From an uncultured Solirubrobacteraceae bacterium (GTDB lineage: Bacteria; Actinomycetota; Thermoleophilia; Solirubrobacterales; Solirubrobacteraceae), in assembly GCA_964588985.1 (NCBI GenBank), contig CAZPQW010000001.1, positions 256,001-320,000 of the forward strand: a DNA stretch of 64,000 nt, read 5' to 3'. Position 1 is the stretch's first letter; the number at the start of each line of letters is the position of its first letter. The notes below the pieces were generated by a model. It had not been told where the DNA came from and did no database searches. It worked only from the letters and a program-made list of their open reading frames with translations. The translations under genes and the position numbers were made by a program. This document shows, piece by piece, positions 1 to 9,928 of the stretch.

Positions 1-176
1 TGACGGGCGAGTGGGACTTCGTGGCGATTGTGCGAGTGCCCCACCACGAGCAGCTGGCCGAGGTGGTCACGGGCCAGATCGGGGCGCTGTCGGGCGTGGC
101 GCGCACCCAGACGATGGTTGCGTTCGCGGCGTATTCGCGCCACGACCTCGAGTCGATGTTCTCGATCGGCGAATGA
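1..176 (+). CDS. Lrp/AsnC ligand-binding domain protein (3' part, truncated by window edge)
   Basis: Frame from nt 3 reads TGEWDFVAIVRVPHHEQLAEVVTGQIGALSGVARTQTMVAF...GE*; TGEWD and GVxRTxT are typical of AsnC/RAM domains. Confidence 0.8.
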   Translation, partial: TGEWDFVAIVRVPHHEQLAEVVTGQIGALSGVARTQTMVAFAAYSRHDLESMFSIGE

Positions 177-191
177 CCCATCGCTAGCCAG

Positions 192-845
192 ATGGCCGCG
201 GTACCGATGAAGGCCGAGTACGGGCCGACGCTCGGTCGGCTGCTGGCGCCGCGCTGGCACGCCGCGCGAGGCGCGACCCGTGCGGTGGTGGTGGCGGGCG
301 GCGTGGGGTTGCTCGCGGCGGTGGTGGCGCTGGCGCTGACGCTGGAGAACGCGCACTACTCCCACGGTGGGCCGGTGCCGTTCGGCTTCAGCTACCGCGG
401 CCTCTACCGGGTGACGCCCGATCCGGGCGGCTTCGTGAAGGTGCAGAGCCACGACTCGGACGGCGCGGTGAAGTACTCCTTCGCGGTCGATCCGCTGCGC
501 CTGCCGCGCTACTCGGGCGAGCTGCTGGGGGAGCTGCCGGTGTTCGCGAGCAGCTACATCGCGACGCTCGCGCGACGGGACAGGGACTTCGTCCTGCGCG
601 GCGAGGGCAAGGCGCGGGTGAACGTGAACCTGACGGGCTACCAGGTGCTCTACACCGCGACGGTGGACGGCCGCGAGGTCTACGGGCGCGACGTGCTGCT
701 CGTGCCGCCGCGCGGGGGCGCGCGCGAAGGCGTGGCGGTGGTGATGCTGACCTCGACGACCGCGACGAAACAGATCGCCTCCCCGCAGGAAGTGGCGACC
801 ACGGGCGTGCTGCTGCGCCCGCTGAAGACGTTCGCGTTCGGTTAG
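192..845 (+). CDS. hypothetical membrane-anchored protein
   Basis: ORF with GC3-rich codons and one N-terminal hydrophobic segment (VVVAGGVGLLAAVVALAL); no family recognised. Confidence 0.65.
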   Translation: MAAVPMKAEYGPTLGRLLAPRWHAARGATRAVVVAGGVGLLAAVVALALTLENAHYSHGGPVPFGFSYRGLYRVTPDPGGFVKVQSHDSDGAVKYSFAVDPLRLPRYSGELLGELPVFASSYIATLARRDRDFVLRGEGKARVNVNLTGYQVLYTATVDGREVYGRDVLLVPPRGGAREGVAVVMLTSTTATKQIASPQEVATTGVLLRPLKTFAFG

Positions 846-2404
846 CTGGAGGGAACGCCGGTGGCGGGGCGGCCGTCGCTCGGAGAGCGGGTGCCGCCGG
901 TGCTTGCGCCGCCGCTCGAGGGCGGGGTGGGGTTGGGCACGGGCACCGGTTCGGCGCTGGGCAGCTGCGCGGGGGGCGTGGCGGGGGTGGTCGCTGTGGG
1001 CGGCGCTGGCGTTTCGGTGGTGCTCGTGGGTGGGGCGGGCGCTGGGGTGGTGGCGGTGGTGGGCAGCTGGGTGGTCTCGGTGGTGACCTCGGTGACCTGC
1101 ACGGGTGGCTGGCTTTCGGGTTTGGCGGTGGGCGCGGGTGTCGTCGTGGCCGGCGTGACGGTGGCGGGAGCGGGTGTGACGGGCTTGGCGGCCTGCTTGA
1201 GCGCGCGTGCGTGGAGGGCGCGGCGTCGGGCGAGGGCCGCGGCGGCGAGCCTCGCGTGCGCGGCCGCTCCGGCGGAGGCGGGCTGGGCGAGCTCGTGGAC
1301 GACGACGGGTGCGGCGGCGTAGCGCGTGGCGCTTGCGTAGGTGGCGCTCGCCGCCTGTGAGGGGTGGCGATGGGTGGCGGAGGAGTGGTCGGCGGCGGCG
1401 ACCCCGGCGGTGACGATCGCGGCTGCGGCGAGCCCGGCGACGGCCTTGGTGGCGAGCGCTCCGGCGCCCGCGGTGACGAGCCCACCGGCGAACCCGACCC
1501 CTCCGGTGGCGGCGGCGCCCGCGCCGACGGTGGCGGCGGCGCCAGCGGTGGCACCGGCGCCCCCCGCGACGTGCGCGCCTCCGGCGGAGGCGGTGGAGCC
1601 GAGCTTGGCGAGGATGACCTTCTTGAGGATCAGCAGCGGCCCGACGGGCAGGATGGCGGCGAGCGCGTGGTTGTTCTGCTTGAGGTGCTTCTTGAAGCCG
1701 AGGCAGCGTTCGCAGCCGCGCACGTGGCGGCGGGCGGGGGTGCTGAGCTTGGCGAGGCCCTCGGCTGCTTCGCCGAGCTCGAGGCGGACCTCGTCGCAGC
1801 TGAGCTTGCGCGCCTCGGCGGCCTCGGCGAGCGAGATGCGGGCGCGCACGAGCAGCGACTTGACGGACGGCACGGTGGTCTCCATGGCGTCGGCGATCTG
1901 TTCGTAGGACAGCGCGTCGATCTCGCGCAGCAGAAGTGCGGTGCGCTGCGTCTCGGGCAGCTCGTGGACGTCGGCGATGAGCTCGCGGAAGCTCTCGCGG
2001 CGCATGACCTTGTCGCCGGTGGAGAGACCGTTGTCGGCGAAGTGGATGTCCATCGAGTCGACGCCGACGGCGGAGGCGCGACGGAGGTGGTTGAGGGAGC
2101 GGTTGCGCGCGATGCGATAGAGCCACGGGCGCACGTTGATGTCGCGCTCGTCGGCGAGGACGGCGTTGAAGGCGGCGGCGAAGACCTCCTGGAGGACATC
2201 CTCAGCGTCCTCGCGCGAGCCGAGCATGTGCCGGCAGAAGGACAGAAGCCGCGACTGGTAGCGGGAGCAGAGCACCTCGAAGGCGGCGTGTTGGCCGCGG
2301 CGGGTGAGCGCGATGAGGCGCTCGTCGGACTGCAGGCGCAGCAGGGCAGAGGGGCCTCGAAGGCCCGGGATGCTGCTCGGATGTTCTAGGGCGGAAACCT
2401 CCAT
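842..2404 (-). CDS. ECF sigma factor with fused C-terminal extension (HxxxCxxC, TM, Pro/Thr-rich tail)
   Basis: Sigma2 ([10 protein letters not shown]...WLYRIARN) and sigma4 ([23 protein letters not shown]...[10 protein letters not shown]); then HVRGCERC, an Ala/Gly hydrophobic stretch and a PTTATTPAP tail. Start set at MEVSAL because the longer ORF overlaps the tRNA. Confidence 0.88.
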   Translation of the reverse strand: MEVSALEHPSSIPGLRGPSALLRLQSDERLIALTRRGQHAAFEVLCSRYQSRLLSFCRHMLGSREDAEDVLQEVFAAAFNAVLADERDINVRPWLYRIARNRSLNHLRRASAVGVDSMDIHFADNGLSTGDKVMRRESFRELIADVHELPETQRTALLLREIDALSYEQIADAMETTVPSVKSLLVRARISLAEAAEARKLSCDEVRLELGEAAEGLAKLSTPARRHVRGCERCLGFKKHLKQNNHALAAILPVGPLLILKKVILAKLGSTASAGGAHVAGGAGATAGAAATVGAGAAATGGVGFAGGLVTAGAGALATKAVAGLAAAAIVTAGVAAADHSSATHRHPSQAASATYASATRYAAAPVVVHELAQPASAGAAAHARLAAAALARRRALHARALKQAAKPVTPAPATVTPATTTPAPTAKPESQPPVQVTEVTTETTQLPTTATTPAPAPPTSTTETPAPPTATTPATPPAQLPSAEPVPVPNPTPPSSGGASTGGTRSPSDGRPATGVPSS

Positions 2405-2519
2405 GCGTATCCCATCACTACCCCTGCTTGACCTTAGAGACACGGTAGCAGCGGAGAAGTTGCGGTCTTTCCCCCGGATTCTCGCGTGGGAGCGCCCGAA
2501 TAGACTGGCCCGGCGCCCC

Positions 2520-2606
2520 GCCCGGGTGGCGGAATGGGAATACGCAATCGACTTAAAATCGGTGGCCTCGATTGAAGGCATGTGGGTTCGAATCCCACCC
2601 CGGGCA
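2520..2606 (+). tRNA. tRNA-Leu (anticodon UAA), bldA-type isoacceptor
   Basis: Acceptor GCCCGGG/CCCGGGC+A, anticodon arm ATCGA-CTTAAAA-TCGGT, long variable arm, T-arm GTGGG-TTCGAAT-CCCAC. Confidence 0.95.
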
Positions 2607-2642
2607 TCTCTGTGGTCTGTGGAAATGGATAGAGTCGCGCGA

Positions 2643-4289
2643 ATGTCAACCGGTGCGCAGGAGATCGAGACCTACCACGGCGGAAGGCTGGTGGCGCGCC
2701 GTCTGAAGGCGCACGGCGTGAGCAAGCTGTTCACGCTGTCGGGCGGCCATCTGTTCTCGATTTACGACGGCTGCCGCGAGGAGGGGATCGACATCGTGGA
2801 CGTGCGCCACGAGTCGACGGCGGCGTTCGCGGCGGAGGGCTGGGCGAAGGTGACGCGCGAGCCGGGCGTGTGCGCGCTGACGGCCGGCCCGGGCGTGACG
2901 AACGGGATGAGCGCGATGGCCTCGGCGCAGGCGAACCACTCGCCGATCGTGGTGCTGGGCGGCCGCGCGCCGGCTATGCGCTGGGGGCAGGGCTCGCTGC
3001 AGGAGATCGACCACGTGCCGTTCGTGGCGCCGCTGTGCAAGTTCGCGACGACGCCGACGGCGACCGACGAGATCCCCGACCTGATGGACGACGCGTTCGC
3101 GGCGGCGGTTGCGCCGCACGGCGGAGCGGCGTTCCTGGACTTCCCGATGGACTACGTGTTCATGGACGCGCCCGAGCCGCCGGTGGGACGCGAGCCGGCG
3201 CCGGTCCCGCAGTCGGCGGCTGGGGACGCGATCGAACGCGCCGGGGCGCTGCTGGCGGGCGCGGAGCGTCCGGTGATCATGGCTGGGACGGACATGTACT
3301 GGGGCCGGGGCGAGCTGGAGCTGCTGGAGTTGGCGCAGACGCTGCGCATACCGGTGTTCCTGAACGGTCTGGCGCGGGGGTGCGTGCCGGCTGATCACGA
3401 GCTGTTCTTCTCGCGAGTGCGCTCGCAGGCGCTGAAGGGCGCTGACGTGGCGGTTGTGATCGGCGTGCCGATGGACTTCCGCCTCGGCTTCGGCGGCTCG
3501 TTCGGTGAGGACACTCAGATCGTGGTGGTGGACTCGACGGAGTCCGAGCGTCCGCACCCGCGGCCAGTGGCGGTGGAGTGCTACGGCGCGATCGGGCCGA
3601 CACTTGCCGGCATGCAGGCGGCGGCGGGCGCGAAGGCGCTGGCGAGCGAGAGTTGGATCTCGGAGCTGCGCGCGGCGGAGCTGGAGCGGCGCGAGGGGGA
3701 GCGCGCGGAGTGCGAGGACGGCCGCTCGCCGCTGCACCCGATGCGGCTGTATGCGGAGCTGGCGAAGGTGCTGGACCGCGACGCGATCGTGATCGGCGAC
3801 GGCGGCGACTTCGTGTCGTACGCGGGCCGCGTGATCGACAGCTACCAGCCTGGGTGCTGGCTGGACCCGGGGCCGTTCGGCTGCCTGGGCACGGGGCCTG
3901 GATACGCGCTGGCGGCGAAGCTCGCGCACCCGGAGCGTCAGGTGGTGATGATGGTGGGCGACGGCGCGTTCGGTTTCTCTGGCATGGAGTACGACACGCT
4001 GGCGCGCCACGGCGTGAACGTGGTGGGCGTGATGGGCAACAACGGCATCTGGGCGCTGGAGAAGCACCCGATGGAGTTCCTGTATGGGTATTCGGTGGCG
4101 GCGGACCTGCGCCCCGAAACCCGCTACGACCAGGTGGTGGAAGCGCTGGGCGGCTACGGCGAGCTGGTGAACCGTGCGGAGGAGGTGGGCCCGGCGATCG
4201 AGCGGGCGTTCTCCTCGGGCAAGCCTGCGCTGGTGAACGTGCTGACCGATCCCACGGTCGTCTACCCGCGCAAGTCGAACCTGGCGTAG
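2643..4289 (+). CDS. thiamine-diphosphate-dependent enzyme, acetolactate synthase-like (IlvG / 2-hydroxyacyl-CoA lyase family)
   Basis: VRHE catalytic Glu, TAGPGVTN, ThDP motif GDGAFG...NN; TAGAGT-N7-ATG leaderless start. Confidence 0.88.
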   Translation: MSTGAQEIETYHGGRLVARRLKAHGVSKLFTLSGGHLFSIYDGCREEGIDIVDVRHESTAAFAAEGWAKVTREPGVCALTAGPGVTNGMSAMASAQANHSPIVVLGGRAPAMRWGQGSLQEIDHVPFVAPLCKFATTPTATDEIPDLMDDAFAAAVAPHGGAAFLDFPMDYVFMDAPEPPVGREPAPVPQSAAGDAIERAGALLAGAERPVIMAGTDMYWGRGELELLELAQTLRIPVFLNGLARGCVPADHELFFSRVRSQALKGADVAVVIGVPMDFRLGFGGSFGEDTQIVVVDSTESERPHPRPVAVECYGAIGPTLAGMQAAAGAKALASESWISELRAAELERREGERAECEDGRSPLHPMRLYAELAKVLDRDAIVIGDGGDFVSYAGRVIDSYQPGCWLDPGPFGCLGTGPGYALAAKLAHPERQVVMMVGDGAFGFSGMEYDTLARHGVNVVGVMGNNGIWALEKHPMEFLYGYSVAADLRPETRYDQVVEALGGYGELVNRAEEVGPAIERAFSSGKPALVNVLTDPTVVYPRKSNLA

Positions 4290-4342
4290 AAGGGTTTTGA
4301 CGGGGCCGCCTTCCGGCGGCTGCTCGGTTCGCGGTGTGGCGG

Positions 4343-5281
4343 TCAGGCGGCGGCTTGGCCCACACCGGCGAGGCGCAGGGCGCCGCCGTAGAGGATGTCG
4401 TGCTCTGAGACCTCGACCTGTTCGAGGTCGAACGCGCGCATCGCCTCGGAGAGCAGGATCATGCCGGCGACGATGGTGGGCGCGCGGTCGGGGTTGAGCC
4501 CGACGACGCTGCGGCGGTCGTTTTCGTCCATGTCGGCGAGGCGCGCGAGCAGCATTTCGACGGTGGCGAGCATGAGCGGGTAGCCGTGGACGCGCTCGGG
4601 GTCGTACGGGTCGAGCTCCTGGTCGATGGACGCGGCGGAGGTGGCGGTGCCGGCGACGGCGATGGCTCGCTTGACGGGTGCGCGCTCGTCGGCGGGCAGG
4701 CCGTCGAGGAACGTGGCGCGAACGTCCTGGGCGAGGTTCTGCAACTCCTCGGGGTCGGGCGGGTCGGAGTGGATGTGGCGCTCGCTCATGCGGACGACGC
4801 CGGCGTGGAGGGAGACGTGGAAGCCGGCGGTGCGCCCGACGCCGACGACGAACTCGGTGGAGCCCCCGCCGATGTCGATGACGACGGTGGGCTCGGTGGC
4901 GGCGGGACGGCCGGACATGGCGCCGAGGAACGTGAGCTGCGCCTCCTCCTCGCCGGAGAGCACGCGCGCGTCGAGGCCGTAGTCCTGGCGCACTAGCGCG
5001 GCGAACTCGGCGCCGTTGGACGCGTCGCGCACGGCGGAGGTGAGCACGGCGATGTTGGCTTCGCATCCGTGTTCGTCGATCTCGGTGCGGTAGCCCTCGA
5101 GCGTGGCGAACACGCGGTCGCACGCCTCGGGGGAGAGGGCTCCGGTGGCGTCGACGCCGTGGCCGAGGCGGGTGACATTGGAGTGGCGGACGAGCACCTC
5201 TACGGCGTTGCTGGCGGCGTCGACATCGGCGATGAGCAGTCGCGTGGAGTTGGTTCCGATGTCTACGACCGCGACGCGCAC
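4343..5281 (-). CDS. ppx: Ppx/GppA family exopolyphosphatase
   Basis: VAVVDIGTNSTRLL, TSAVRDASN, LSGEEEA, DIGGGSTE, RAPTIVAG motifs; TACCAT-N7-GTG start. Confidence 0.92.
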   Translation of the reverse strand: MRVAVVDIGTNSTRLLIADVDAASNAVEVLVRHSNVTRLGHGVDATGALSPEACDRVFATLEGYRTEIDEHGCEANIAVLTSAVRDASNGAEFAALVRQDYGLDARVLSGEEEAQLTFLGAMSGRPAATEPTVVIDIGGGSTEFVVGVGRTAGFHVSLHAGVVRMSERHIHSDPPDPEELQNLAQDVRATFLDGLPADERAPVKRAIAVAGTATSAASIDQELDPYDPERVHGYPLMLATVEMLLARLADMDENDRRSVVGLNPDRAPTIVAGMILLSEAMRAFDLEQVEVSEHDILYGGALRLAGVGQAAA

Positions 5282-5329
5282 GGCGGGGATGGTAGAGGTG
5301 TGGGCATACAACGGCGAAAAGGGGCTGAG

Positions 5330-6049
5330 ATGAGCGAGCAGGGAGCGGGACGAGTGGCGCTGGTGACGGGCGCGAACAGGGGCATCGGCAGGGAGGTGGC
5401 GCGCCAGCTGGCGGGGCAGGGCTACGAGGTTCTGGTGAGCGCGCGCGACGGCGCGAAGGCGGAGGCGACGGCCGCGGAGCTGGCGGCGGAGACGGGCGCG
5501 ATCGTGAGGCCGGTGACGCTCGACGTGTCGGACCCGGAGAGCATCGCGGCGGCGGCGGAGAGTGTGAAGGCGGACCCCGGTCGGCTGGACGTGCTGGTGA
5601 ACAACGCGGGCATCGGCAGCGACTTCGGCGTGTCGGGCACGGCCCCGGACTTCGACGCGATCCAGCGCGCGCTGGACACGAACTTCTTCGGTGCGTATCG
5701 CGTGACGGTCGGCCTGCTGGAGCTGCTGCGCGCGAGCGCGCACCCGCGGATCGTGAACGTGTCGAGCGGGATGGGCGGGATCACGGAGATGGGCGGCTGG
5801 TCGCCGGGCTACCGCGTGTCGAAGGCGTCGCTGAACGCGATGACGCGGATCCTGTCGACGGAGCTGAAGGATGCTGGCTTCCTCGTCAACTCGGCGTGCC
5901 CGGGGTTCGTGGCCACCGACATGGGCGCCCCGATGGGAGCGAAGAAGTCGGTGGAGGACGGCGCTGCGGGCATCACGTGGCTGGCGACGCTGCCGGACGA
6001 CGGGCCCACGGGCGGGTTCTTCCGGGACGGGGAGGCAATCGCGTTCTGA
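5330..6049 (+). CDS. short-chain dehydrogenase/reductase (carbonyl reductase-like)
   Basis: TGANRGIG, NNAG, YRVSK, CPGFVATDM, GPTGGFF. Confidence 0.92.
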   Translation: MSEQGAGRVALVTGANRGIGREVARQLAGQGYEVLVSARDGAKAEATAAELAAETGAIVRPVTLDVSDPESIAAAAESVKADPGRLDVLVNNAGIGSDFGVSGTAPDFDAIQRALDTNFFGAYRVTVGLLELLRASAHPRIVNVSSGMGGITEMGGWSPGYRVSKASLNAMTRILSTELKDAGFLVNSACPGFVATDMGAPMGAKKSVEDGAAGITWLATLPDDGPTGGFFRDGEAIAF

Positions 6050-6100
6050 ACGGAGGATGACGGCCGCATGTGCGGTTCTTTGCTAGAACATAAGAAGCGA

Positions 6101-6174
<74 letters not shown>

Positions 6175-6198
6175 TGAACGGTTGCGCTACCGACGCAG

Positions 6199-6468
6199 AT
6201 GGAAGCTCCGCGGTACCCGCGCTTCGGCTACCGCCTCCGTGACCCTCGTGGACACGCCTTGTACGCTGGCAAGCACGTGGCTGTTCGCTGGACTGATGAG
6301 TACGGCGACTTGACGGTCGTCGGGGGTATGCCTTGGGACGTCGAGGGCAATGAGGTGCTGATCATGACCCCCTCAAATCGGCCGGGCGCCTATACGACCA
6401 GGATCCCTGTTGACTCGATCATCAGTGTGGAGGTCATGGCATACGACGCCATCGTGCGTGAGGGCTGA
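6199..6468 (+). CDS. small hypothetical protein (possible Sm/SH3-like beta fold)
   Basis: 89-aa ORF directly after the tRNA; beta-strand pattern, RIPVDSIISVEV. Confidence 0.5.
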   Translation: MEAPRYPRFGYRLRDPRGHALYAGKHVAVRWTDEYGDLTVVGGMPWDVEGNEVLIMTPSNRPGAYTTRIPVDSIISVEVMAYDAIVREG

Positions 6469-6770
6469 AGACCTTGCGATCACACACAACGTCTTGGCTC
6501 AGCAAGCGTGCTGAGTTGAGTGCCCACCCTCTTGGTGGTCGCTGGGCTTGAGTGAACACGCCAACTCCGCCGCGCGCCCCTGACTTCGACCTGCCACGCC
6601 GGGGACGGCGTAGAGGCATGTCGACCCAGCTAAGCACCCGAGACAAGCAGGCCCGCTGGGGCGGGGCTTGCGGTGTCTCGCGGATTTCAGAGTCAAACTC
6701 AGAGTCCGAAGTCCATAGAGGGCCGTCTACTGCTTCGGTCGACGCGCCGAAGGGCTCTACAATTGAGAGC

Positions 6771-6932
6771 ATGTCGACCCACCGCGCAAACGTCACCCAA
6801 GAGCAGCACCTTGAGCTCCCGGTCGAGGAACTCCTACGTCGTGCACGGCCGCTGCCTTCGCACGATGAAATGGTGATCGAAGATCTCACCGCGGAGGAGG
6901 GCGAAGCCTTCTTCCTAGCTGTGGAGTCGTGA
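6771..6932 (+). CDS. putative antitoxin (VapB-like, 53 aa, acidic C-terminus)
   Basis: TACAAT-N7-ATG start; GTGA overlap with the PIN gene; acidic IEDLTAEEGEAF. Confidence 0.7.
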   Translation: MSTHRANVTQEQHLELPVEELLRRARPLPSHDEMVIEDLTAEEGEAFFLAVES

Positions 6933-7363
6933 GTCCGGGCGGGCTGCGCGGGCCGATCGTCATCGACACGGACGTCTTCAGCGCAGATCTCGTCCCGCGA
7001 TCACGCTTGACAGAGCTCTACGCTCCGATCGTCACCGGGCGGCCGGCATTCATCTCGTTTCAAACTGTCGCCGAGCTGCGCTACGGCGCGCTTCGTCGTG
7101 GCTGGGGCGATGCGCGGATGCTCAGGCTCGAAGCGAAGATCGCGAGGGCGGAGATCGTGCACACAGGGCCAGAGCTCGTCCTGATCTACGCCCGGCTCCG
7201 GGCCGACTGCGAGGCGCAGGGCCATGCTCTGGGCCAGCGCGAGCACAACGCCGATCGCTGGATAGCGGCGACCGCGATTCGCCTCGGGGTGCCGCTCGTC
7301 TCCAACGACGGGATCTTTCGAGATGCGCCTGGGCTGGAGCTCGAGACGCTCGCTCTTCCGTGA
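6929..7363 (+). CDS. vapC: PIN-domain toxin (VapC family)
   Basis: IVIDTDV, TVAEL, ADRWIAATA, LVSND acidic PIN motifs. Confidence 0.9.
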   Translation: MSPGGLRGPIVIDTDVFSADLVPRSRLTELYAPIVTGRPAFISFQTVAELRYGALRRGWGDARMLRLEAKIARAEIVHTGPELVLIYARLRADCEAQGHALGQREHNADRWIAATAIRLGVPLVSNDGIFRDAPGLELETLALP

Positions 7364-7537
7364 TGCCTGGATGCCAGCCATCTGAGAGGCGCGCGTGCGG
7401 TGCCCCTTCCGGGTCAAGGAAAAACCAAGGGAAGGCCCAGAAACAGCCGCAAACGAGAGCCGCCGATTCCGTCGAAAACCGCTATTTAGAGGGCAGAACG
7501 TGGTCCAGCCGCAAACAGCCGCAAGCGCCCGGACGGT

Positions 7538-7581
<44 letters not shown>

Positions 7582-7586
7582 CGAAG

Positions 7587-7611
7587 AAGCCCCGCGAAAG
7601 CGGGGTTTTTT
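7587..7611 (+). terminator. intrinsic terminator, probably the displaced tRNA terminator
   Basis: AAGCCCCGC-GAAA-GCGGGGTTTTTT hairpin plus T tract right after attR. Confidence 0.85.
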
Positions 7612-7667
7612 AGTTAGGTGTGCGGATCGCTCGAACGTGGCTTGGTAACGGGCGTTCGGCTAGGGAA

Positions 7668-7701
7668 AATGATGCTAATCAAACTAGCTCTTAGCATCAT
7701 T
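7668..7701. repeat. AT-rich perfect 11-bp inverted repeat
   Basis: AATGATGCTAA-N12-TTAGCATCATT. Confidence 0.75.
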
Positions 7702-7861
7702 CTGCGGTCATTAGCGCTATCAGAAGCTTTATCAATCTCGCTCCACAGACGCCGGTCGTTGCGTGGGGAAGAGTGAAGCGATGCCGCCGACCGCGGAAGG
7801 CGAAGCCGCGGCATGGGCCTTGCCACTCCACAAGCGTCGCCGTGCGTTTAGGTCCCGCGTG

Positions 7862-7882
7862 TGTTATCGGATCTGATAACAT
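7862..7882 (+). promoter_or_regulatory. palindromic operator overlapping the -10 box of the NTase-HTH operon
   Basis: TGTTATCGGA|TCTGATAACA (1 mismatch) overlapping TAACAT, 6 nt before ATG 7889. Confidence 0.65.
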
Positions 7883-7888
7883 TAGAGT

Positions 7889-8554
7889 ATGCGGCCTGCG
7901 CTGAATGACGTCCTGGACAAGGCTGCGCGCCTGCAGGAATTGGTCCCTGGCGCAGCCTTGGTCGGGGGATCGGCCGCGGCGTTCTACGCTCACCATCGGG
8001 AGTCGCAAGATCACGACCATGTCGTCACGGATCTGGGAGAGCGTTTCGACTCGATCCTCGAGAACCTGGAGGCGCTCGGGGATTGGTCGACCGCCAGAGC
8101 CCAGCCTGGGAAGATCATCTTGGGCGAACTTGGCGGCATCGAGACGGGGGTCCGGCAACTGCTTCGCAGCCGGCCCTTGGAGACCGTTGAGATCGACGTG
8201 GACGGCAGGCATCTCGTCGTGCCAACCGCCGCGGAGATCCTGCGGATCAAGGCATGGCTCGCGCTGAGTCGCAACCAGACCCGCGACTACCTCGACATCG
8301 CAGCTCTCGCGGATAGCATCGGACTCGACGACGCGGCTGCCGTCTTGCGAGACATCGACGATTACTACGCCGACATCAACCGCCGTCCAGAGGCGGTATC
8401 CACACAGCTCGTGAGGCAGCTGGCAGACCCACGACCGCGAGATGCAGAGGTCACGACACAGCTTGCCAGCTACAAGGCGCTCGACATGCGCTGGCACGAG
8501 TGGTCAACGGTCAAGGCGGTCCTTTCAGAACTCGCGGAGGCGATGGTGCGGTGA
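7889..8554 (+). CDS. AbiEii/DUF1814-like nucleotidyltransferase (putative toxin)
   Basis: LVGGSAA...HRESQDHD NTase motif and C-terminal KAWLALSRNQTRDYLD. Confidence 0.75.
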   Translation: MRPALNDVLDKAARLQELVPGAALVGGSAAAFYAHHRESQDHDHVVTDLGERFDSILENLEALGDWSTARAQPGKIILGELGGIETGVRQLLRSRPLETVEIDVDGRHLVVPTAAEILRIKAWLALSRNQTRDYLDIAALADSIGLDDAAAVLRDIDDYYADINRRPEAVSTQLVRQLADPRPRDAEVTTQLASYKALDMRWHEWSTVKAVLSELAEAMVR

Positions 8555-8994
8555 CGATGCAATTTCGCAACCTGGACTTCGATTCCGACGCCCCGCTGGA
8601 CCTGTGGCCGGCCGAGGCAATCGAGACAGTCATGGACCGTGGCTCACTATCGGACTGGCGTCGTCTCGCTGATGCGATCCGGCAAAACCCCTGGGGTCCC
8701 GCTGCGCGCACAGCTGAGGCCGTGGCTGCTTGGGGCGAGCACTATGGCGTCGATGCGCTGATGATCAATGTGATTCGTCACGCCCGTGAAGACATTGCCC
8801 AGCGAGGACGAGCCGAGTACGCCGCGCAAATCCGCTCGTGGCGCGCGCAGGCAGGGATGACGCTACGCCAGTTCGCGCTCGCGGCTGGCACTTCGGCTTC
8901 TCGGCTATCCGACTACGAGAACGCGAAGGTTGCCCCGACCACAGATGTGCTCGGCCGCCTCAACCATGTCGCTACGCATCTGCGTGACTCATAG
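8551..8994 (+). CDS. XRE-family HTH protein (putative antitoxin/regulator)
   Basis: GTGA overlap with the NTase gene; C-terminal IRSWRAQAGMTLRQFALAAGTSASRLSDYENAKVAP. Confidence 0.8.
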   Translation: MTMQFRNLDFDSDAPLDLWPAEAIETVMDRGSLSDWRRLADAIRQNPWGPAARTAEAVAAWGEHYGVDALMINVIRHAREDIAQRGRAEYAAQIRSWRAQAGMTLRQFALAAGTSASRLSDYENAKVAPTTDVLGRLNHVATHLRDS

Positions 8995-9076
8995 CCAAGC
9001 GAAGGGCTTGCCGGATCGTTCACTACGCATGACCCCACAAGCAATCGCTGCTCGTCCGTCGCTGCATTCTCCATCG

Positions 9077-9928
9077 CTATCCGGTCCAAGACGTGTCATC
9101 GAGCTGTGGCGTCTCGCCGAAGCTCTCGGCGTGCCGTACCATCCACGCAGCCACGTCGCGACACGGCGCCGCCCACAGCTCGCGGTCGTCCACCGCCGCT
9201 CGCACGTGGGCGAGAACGTCGCGCACGGCATCGAGCTCCAGCTCGATCATCCAAGTGTGTAACACCAGCGTCGCGTGTCCACCATCTGCGATCGCGTCAT
9301 CCACGCTCTGCAGCAAAGCCGCGCACACCGCGTCCGCGCCGCCCGCCTCGCTGTCGCCGGTGACATGCTCGCGCAGCGCCGCGAACGTGGGCAACACGTG
9401 AAACGCGTCCACCGCGGGCCACGCGAACGGCAGCACAACCACACCGTCGATGCCCGCCGCGCTGCCCGCCGGAGAGCAGTGGCGCAGCCCCCGGCTCTCG
9501 AGCAGCTCGAGCGTCCTAGGGGTGAGTCGTCCACCCGGTGGGCGAAACCCAACGACCTCGATGTCGATCTCGCGCAGCGCCGCGAGGCCCCGGTCGAGGT
9601 TCGCGGCCTCCGCGTCGGCGTCGAGCGTCGACCAGTCCTCGTGGCACCACGCGTGGTAGGCGACCTCGTGTCCCGCGTCGTCGATCTCGATCAGCGCGTC
9701 GGGGTAGGTCTCAGCGTTGACTCCCTCGATGAAGAACGTCGCGCTCAGCCGAGCAGCGGCCAGCGCGTCGATCACGATCGGCAGCGCGGTGGTGACGGAG
9801 TAGTGATCGCCACGCGGCTCGTCCGCGGCTCGCAGTCCCAGCTCGATCTCGGCGGCCTCGCCGAGGTTGTCGACCGTGATCGACACGGCCGCGCGGGCGC
9901 CTCCGGGCCAGACCGGGGCGCCACTCAT
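9077..9928 (-). CDS. polysaccharide deacetylase family protein
   Basis: WPGGARAAVSITVD, ATFFIEG, GHEVAYHAWCHE, GFRPPG. Confidence 0.85.
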   Translation of the reverse strand: MSGAPVWPGGARAAVSITVDNLGEAAEIELGLRAADEPRGDHYSVTTALPIVIDALAAARLSATFFIEGVNAETYPDALIEIDDAGHEVAYHAWCHEDWSTLDADAEAANLDRGLAALREIDIEVVGFRPPGGRLTPRTLELLESRGLRHCSPAGSAAGIDGVVVLPFAWPAVDAFHVLPTFAALREHVTGDSEAGGADAVCAALLQSVDDAIADGGHATLVLHTWMIELELDAVRDVLAHVRAAVDDRELWAAPCRDVAAWMVRHAESFGETPQLDDTSWTG

